From: Chthoniobacteraceae bacterium | Lineage (GTDB): Bacteria; Verrucomicrobiota; Verrucomicrobiia; Chthoniobacterales; Chthoniobacteraceae | Reading direction: 5' to 3' | DNA: 30,185 bases | Assembly: GCA_031409335.1 (NCBI GenBank) | Contig: JANNWY010000254.1 | Location: forward strand, 1 to 30,185 | Shown here: positions 25,130-30,185 of the stretch, piece by piece | How positions within the stretch are numbered: position 1 is the first letter of the stretch | Layout of the letters: each line of letters starts with the position of its first letter | Made by a program: the position numbers and the translations under genes | Notes under the pieces: generated by a model | Database searches by the model: none | What the model was told of the DNA's origin: nothing | Seen by the model: the letters and a program-made list of their open reading frames with translations, nothing else

Positions 25130-26005
25130 TCATCCGGGCATCTGCCCTTCGTTCAAGACGAGTTCGAGGTATGCGCGGTAGTCGCTCCTTGGCAGCACGT
25201 CGATGTTGGCCTGCAAGCCGGCGCGGTCGATGAAGCCTTGATTGAACGCGATCTCTTCGAGGCACGCGACCTTCAGCCCCTGCCGGTTTTCGATCGCGGC
25301 GATGTAGTTGCTCGCGTCGAGCAGACTGCCCTGCGTGCCCGTGTCGAGCCACGCCATGCCGCGTCCGAGGATCTTCACGTGGAGCTGGCCGCGGCGCAGG
25401 TATTCGAGATTCACGTCGGTGATTTCGTACTCGCCGCGCGCGCTCGGTTTCAGGTCGCGACTGATCTTCACCACGTCGTTGTCATAGACGTAGAGGCCGG
25501 GAACCGCGAACGGGCTTTTCGGCTTCGCGGGTTTTTCCTCGAGGCTCAGCACTTTCCCCGCCGAGTCGAATTCGACGACGCCGTACCGCTCGGGATCGCG
25601 CACTTGATACCCGAAGACGCACGCGCCTTTCTCCATGCGCAGCGCGTCGCGGAAGAAGTCGAGTTTCCCGTAAAAAATATTGTCGCCGAGAACGAGCGTG
25701 ACCGGCGAGTTGCCGATGAATTTTTCCCCGACGACGAAAGCCTGCGCGATACCGTTCGGGCGCGGCTGTTCCTGATAGGAAAATTTCATCCCGAGTCGCG
25801 CGCCGTCGCCGAGCAGGTCGCGAAACATCGGCAGATCCTTCGGCGTGGAAATGATGAGCACCTCGCGAATCCCGCCGAGCATCAGCGTGGCGAGCGGGTA
25901 GTAAATCATCGGCTTGTCGTACACCGGCAGCAGTTGTTTGCAGGCGATGCGCGTGAGCGGGTAGAGGCGTGTTCCGGCACCGCCGGCGAGGATGATTGCT
26001 TTCAT
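25130..26005 (-). CDS. rfbA: Glucose-1-phosphate thymidylyltransferase
   Basis: MKAIILAGGAGTRLYP, KQLLPVYDKPMIYYP, LGDNIF, EEKP, SARGEYEITD and WLDTGT. Confidence 0.96.
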   Translation of the reverse strand: MKAIILAGGAGTRLYPLTRIACKQLLPVYDKPMIYYPLATLMLGGIREVLIISTPKDLPMFRDLLGDGARLGMKFSYQEQPRPNGIAQAFVVGEKFIGNSPVTLVLGDNIFYGKLDFFRDALRMEKGACVFGYQVRDPERYGVVEFDSAGKVLSLEEKPAKPKSPFAVPGLYVYDNDVVKISRDLKPSARGEYEITDVNLEYLRRGQLHVKILGRGMAWLDTGTQGSLLDASNYIAAIENRQGLKVACLEEIAFNQGFIDRAGLQANIDVLPRSDYRAYLELVLNEGQMPG

Positions 26006-27873
26006 GATTTGACGAGATTTCGCTTCAGGCCGCCGGCGTTCGCAAGAAACTCCAGCCACTCATCTTCGAGCGGACATTTCGGGCGGTGGATGAGCAGGAA
26101 AAATATCTCCGCGCTGCTGTATGTGCTGGATGCCGCGGAAAGATGATGCGCCTTGGAAAAGCGTACGCCCTTGCACGAGGCGATGAGTTCGAACACCGCG
26201 GATTTCGGCAGCAGCCGGTCGCGATCCTCGATGCTGAAACTCAGCGAGACGCCGGTGAGTTTGTGCAGCATCCAGCCCCAGATCAGCTCGGAGGTGGACA
26301 TAGCGTGGAGATGTTTCACGCCGTCGCGCTCGATCCAGCCGCGCATATGCAACGCGTAGCGCGCCTGCTGCAAAAACCACTCCGACGGCAGATCCGGCGT
26401 CAGTTCGATCCGCGCGGTTTCGAGCCGGTGCGCGATGTCGCTCTCCTGCCGCCACTCGCCTTCCAGCACCATTCCATCGGGGAGGAATTCCAGATGCGGC
26501 ACGATCGATTGGGACGATTCGGTGATTGCTTTGAACGAGGGCAGCGCGGTGTAGATGCGGAGTTCGGGGTTCAGTCGGCAGAGTTGCAGCAGATGCGTTT
26601 CGCTCTGCTCGTCGCCCGGCCATTTGTGCGCCAGCACCGCAAAGCCGGACGGCGGACGCGCCGGTAGCTTCGATGGTTTCACGATATTCTCGAACGCCGT
26701 TTTGATTTCGAGCACCGTCTTGTCCACCGTGAATTCCGTCTCCAGCCGGCGCCTCGCGGCCTCGCCAAACTGCCGTCGCAGCTCGCGCGACCGCAGCAAT
26801 TTTTCCAGCGCATCCGCGAGTCCGCCCTCGTCACCGGGCTCGCAGATAAAGCCCGTCGCACCATCGACGATCTGCTCGGGAACCCCGGCGATGCGGGTCG
26901 AGACGACTGGTTTTCCCGAAGCCATGGATTCCAAAATCACCGTCGGGAAAACGTCGCTCGCGCCATTGCGATCGACGATGCAGGCGAGGGCGAAGATGTC
27001 GCTTTCGCGCAGGGCGCGGAAAACTTCCTCCTGCGGCAGCGCGCCCGTCAGCCGCACGAAACCGTCGAGTTTCAACGCGTCGATCTGCGTCTGCAATTGC
27101 GGTCGCCACGGCCCCTCGCCGACGATGTCGCACTGAAACGCCACGCCGCGATCGCGCAGCGCGGCGCACGCGGCGATGAGGTGGTGAAAACCTTTGAACT
27201 CGATGAGCCGCCCGGTGCTGACGATGCGCGGCACCGCATTTTCCGGCTGCGGCACCGGCGGAAAATTCGCCAGGTCCATGCCATTGAAAACACGGATCAT
27301 TTTCCCCGCGGAATCCGGGCAGAGTTTTTGCAGCACGCCTTTGCTCCACTCGGTTTCGTTCGCGACGAACTCCGCCTCTTTCGCAAACTCGCGCAGCAAA
27401 TCGTCGCTCCCGAGATCGACCATGAAATCCTGCCCGTGCGTGGACATGCTGAAGGGAATGCCGGTCAAATGCTTGACGAAGATCGCGGTGTGCGTCGCCG
27501 TATTTGCGAAATGCACATGGCAGTGCGTGATCCCGCGCTTCTTGAAAACATCCGCGAGAAAGAGCGCATTGCGGGCGCGGAGCGAGGACTTGTGTTTGGT
27601 GCCAAAACGCTGGTCGTGATCCGCCACGAGATCGACCGGCCACCGCCCATTTCGACGCGCCTCGCTTTCCGCGAGCTTCGTCAGCGACTGCGGCGGCGCG
27701 TAGAAAATCGGCGCATTCATCCGGGCGTGATGCCCGTGCCGGAAGCTCGTCGGCGGCGCGTAAATCGAGTAAATCTCGATCTCCACGCCCATGCGTTCGA
27801 GCGCGAGAATTTCCGTGTCGATGAAGGTCTGCGACAGGACGGGATACCGGGCAAAAAGGTAGGCGATTCTCAC
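26002..27873 (-). CDS. Glycosyltransferase family 4 (WcaL-like) with an extra degenerate C-terminal domain
   Basis: RIAYLFARYPVLSQTFI, HVHFA, GRLIEFKG and DVFPTVILESMA; start placed at GTG 27873; ATGA overlap with rfbA. Confidence 0.88.
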   Translation of the reverse strand: MRIAYLFARYPVLSQTFIDTEILALERMGVEIEIYSIYAPPTSFRHGHHARMNAPIFYAPPQSLTKLAESEARRNGRWPVDLVADHDQRFGTKHKSSLRARNALFLADVFKKRGITHCHVHFANTATHTAIFVKHLTGIPFSMSTHGQDFMVDLGSDDLLREFAKEAEFVANETEWSKGVLQKLCPDSAGKMIRVFNGMDLANFPPVPQPENAVPRIVSTGRLIEFKGFHHLIAACAALRDRGVAFQCDIVGEGPWRPQLQTQIDALKLDGFVRLTGALPQEEVFRALRESDIFALACIVDRNGASDVFPTVILESMASGKPVVSTRIAGVPEQIVDGATGFICEPGDEGGLADALEKLLRSRELRRQFGEAARRRLETEFTVDKTVLEIKTAFENIVKPSKLPARPPSGFAVLAHKWPGDEQSETHLLQLCRLNPELRIYTALPSFKAITESSQSIVPHLEFLPDGMVLEGEWRQESDIAHRLETARIELTPDLPSEWFLQQARYALHMRGWIERDGVKHLHAMSTSELIWGWMLHKLTGVSLSFSIEDRDRLLPKSAVFELIASCKGVRFSKAHHLSAASSTYSSAEIFFLLIHRPKCPLEDEWLEFLANAGGLKRNLVKS

Positions 27874-27980
27874 GGGGCGCAAAAGTCTCCGACGATCGCG
27901 CACGTTGGAAAGGAAAAACAAGAAAGTCGCCGCGCCTCGTGCGTTTGCGGTATGAACCGCGCTCCGTTCGGTCCCAATCC

Positions 27981-28751
27981 ATGTCCCAACTCTACTCGTT
28001 TTTATTCTGGCTCGATGGCGGGACTGGCTGGTTGAGCGGCCTGCTGGGATTCGCGACGTTCGCCTTTTCGATCTGGATGGCCGTCGATTGCTGGCGGCGC
28101 GGAGCCGAGTGGTATTGGTTCTGGATCATCCTCGTTTTCCAACCGCTCGGCGGGATCGTGTACTTTTTTGTCAACTACTGGAAAGGCTCGCAACTGGAAC
28201 GCGGACTCTGGCGGCGGCTCACGGCTGGCAGCCGGATTCGGGACGCAAAAGCACGCGCGCATCACCTCGACACCTCGGCGACATTCGAGGAACTCGGCGA
28301 TCTTTACTCTGGTGCGGAAAAGTGGCCCGAAGCGGACGAGGCATACCGCCAGGCGCTCCAGCGCGACGCGGGAAATCTCCACGCCCAAGTCCGCCGCGGC
28401 TACGCGCTGCTGGCGCTGAATCGCGCGGAAGACGCGTGGCCACTGCTCGGCCCGGCGTACCAAAAAAATCCGTCTTTCGACGACGACAAGCTGATCCGCC
28501 AACTCGCCCGCTGCCAGGCGATGCGGGGAAATTTCGTCGATGCCTGCAACCTCTACGAATATTTCCTGCGCAAACACAGCTACACCGAAGTGCAGTTCGA
28601 ATACGCACAAGTGCTGCTGAAATCCGGAAAGGCGGAGCAAGGCCGCAAGGCGCTGGAGGAATTGATCCACGACGCCGAGTTCGCGCCAAAATTCCAGCGC
28701 CGCCGCGACAGCCGCTGGGTGCGCGAAGCGAAGCGGCTGCTGAAGGGGTAG
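27981..28751 (+). CDS. Membrane-anchored TPR protein (PLDc_N-like N-terminus)
   Basis: WMAVDC...WFWIIL..PLGGIVYF hairpin followed by TPR-like helices (ELGDLY...EA..AYRQAL). Confidence 0.8.
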   Translation: MSQLYSFLFWLDGGTGWLSGLLGFATFAFSIWMAVDCWRRGAEWYWFWIILVFQPLGGIVYFFVNYWKGSQLERGLWRRLTAGSRIRDAKARAHHLDTSATFEELGDLYSGAEKWPEADEAYRQALQRDAGNLHAQVRRGYALLALNRAEDAWPLLGPAYQKNPSFDDDKLIRQLARCQAMRGNFVDACNLYEYFLRKHSYTEVQFEYAQVLLKSGKAEQGRKALEELIHDAEFAPKFQRRRDSRWVREAKRLLKG

Positions 28752-28882
28752 CGCTATCGCACGCCAAACAGGCGTGTTTGAAATCGGGGCCGCAGGGCCA
28801 AAGGTTTGGCTTCATCCCGGGCCAGAGCGGAGCGACGCCATCCACCGGACTCCAGCGAGCACGCTGCTCAACTCCGTTGGAT

Positions 28883-30185
28883 TCAATGGTGAGGCCAGAC
28901 CCAGTCGGGTTGCTTTGTTCCAGAAAGTTTTGGATCAACTACACCGCCGTCATCCCGCTGGTCGGTGCCTACAGAGTAGAGGTGAAACTTGCCGTCGTTT
29001 TCCCGCCGATAGATCATCGGTTTTCCCGTGTAAATATCGTAGGGCTGGACGGCGAGAAAGTCAGGCTTCAGTTCGGCAAGCTCCTCGGGGATTGAGCCCC
29101 TGGCGGTGCGGAAAAGCTCGATCGCGATGGTTAACTGGATTTGATCAAGTCGGGCACCGAGAAACGCATATCGTCGGACCAACCCCGGATACATCGGCGC
29201 GGATAAGTTAAACATGAAGAAGTAAGCCGGCTCGAAGCCGCTCATGTGTGCGGAGTCCGATGGCGTCGAGAGGTCTGGATTAAATCCCCAACGATCCGCC
29301 TTGGCCCGCGCGAGCAGTTCCTCGATGTAGCGGTCGTCCCGCAACTGGTTGTCGCGAATCAATCTGTTTGGCAGTGCGGCCCCGATCCAAGATTTTGTCT
29401 CCTTCGGAAGAAGCGGCAGCCCCAGTGGGTTGTTCCAATACGTGCTGACTTTCCGCGCGCGTTCCAGAGCGGGGATTGCCAGCAATTCCTCATACCCGCA
29501 ATTTCCCAAGATTCGCGCGCTGTGGAACGCCAGTCTGAAGTCATCCCAGACATGAACCGACTGCAAATCCTTGCTGATCTCCAGCAGAGAAGTCGTTGCC
29601 CAAGCGTGTTCCGCAATACCGTCCTCGACCACCGAGTTGAGCGTAAATAGCACGCTGATTCTCACCATCCCACTGAGCATAGTTGGTTCGGAACTCAGCG
29701 CGCGATAGGCTTGGAATCCGTCACGAAAATCCGCGTATGCCGCGACTGAATCGCCCAGCGCAAGATGAGCGCGCATACGCAGGGCAAAGAGCTTTGCCGC
29801 GTCGAGGAAAATGCCCAGATGGGGCATGGCCATCTCAGACCCGGCTTTCAAATCCAGGTTGAAACGGCAATGCGGTCGGGTCTTCCACTCGCTCCACTCC
29901 TGAAATTGAGGTGCATAGCGTTCGAGCGCCCGCAGTACGTCGCGCGGAGGCAAGTCTGTCGTTTCTGAAACAAAGCCGACAGCAAGGAAATAATACCACT
30001 TCGTTATAGACACTGGAAGAATGAAGTCTAAGGTCGAGCGATGCCAAGACCGCGCCAGCCGATCGACGTCCACCACCAAGCCGAGCAAGTCCTTGAACAA
30101 GAGCGGATAGAACGCACTCCGTGGAAGCTGCAGCGGCTCCAGGCGGTTCGCCTGGCGATGGAAGGCCAGGAGACTTACCAGGGCA
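28883..30185 (-). CDS. Hypothetical protein with a GspG/pilin-like C-terminal motif; probably extends beyond the window
   Basis: C-terminal AIELFR...G.IPEELAEL.P.FL...P.D.YTGKP..YR......LYSVG.D..DDGG. The frame stays open to the window edge. Visibly more AT-rich than its flanks. Confidence 0.65.
   Translation of the reverse strand, partial: ALVSLLAFHRQANRLEPLQLPRSAFYPLLFKDLLGLVVDVDRLARSWHRSTLDFILPVSITKWYYFLAVGFVSETTDLPPRDVLRALERYAPQFQEWSEWKTRPHCRFNLDLKAGSEMAMPHLGIFLDAAKLFALRMRAHLALGDSVAAYADFRDGFQAYRALSSEPTMLSGMVRISVLFTLNSVVEDGIAEHAWATTSLLEISKDLQSVHVWDDFRLAFHSARILGNCGYEELLAIPALERARKVSTYWNNPLGLPLLPKETKSWIGAALPNRLIRDNQLRDDRYIEELLARAKADRWGFNPDLSTPSDSAHMSGFEPAYFFMFNLSAPMYPGLVRRYAFLGARLDQIQLTIAIELFRTARGSIPEELAELKPDFLAVQPYDIYTGKPMIYRRENDGKFHLYSVGTDQRDDGGVVDPKLSGTKQPDWVWPHH

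Noticed and set aside
28780..28850. Possible degenerate REP-like element (agggccaaagg...) between convergent genes
   Set aside because: No clear inverted partner or second copy in the window; too degenerate to support.

Overview
High-GC bacterial chromosomal window, most likely from a PVC-superphylum organism (Verrucomicrobia-like). The basis is a DUF1501 gene with a PSCyt1/DUF1549/DUF1553 cytochrome-c partner and a surface-protein C-terminus ending in FGRVRV. Bases 1-2416 are a decayed accessory patch: the right end of a probable IS1634-family element, two ~80%-identical copies of a surface-protein 3' end, and an AAA_14/DUF4143 ATPase broken by one in-frame TAA with a palindromic operator upstream. 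The rest is mostly envelope and metabolic genes: GME-like epimerase, mgtE, GT2 + GT-C, an HExxH protein, a RelE/ParE toxin-antitoxin pair, an AI-2E transporter, pntAB, an SDR, an NlpC/P60 lipoprotein, a second GT-C, rmlA, a GT4 and a TPR protein. Several REP-like palindromes lie between genes. The two most interesting candidates are both built on apparent pseudo-enzymes. One is an operon with a TIR-2TM protein whose catalytic Glu appears replaced by Lys, followed by a TM/coiled-coil/LytR_C-like protein and a cupin. The other is an ATGA-coupled chain of GT-C, a secreted Lon-like protein lacking its Ser/Lys dyad, and an NlpC/P60 lipoprotein. No rRNA, tRNA or CRISPR array was seen. All family calls are by-eye motif recognition, not database searches.
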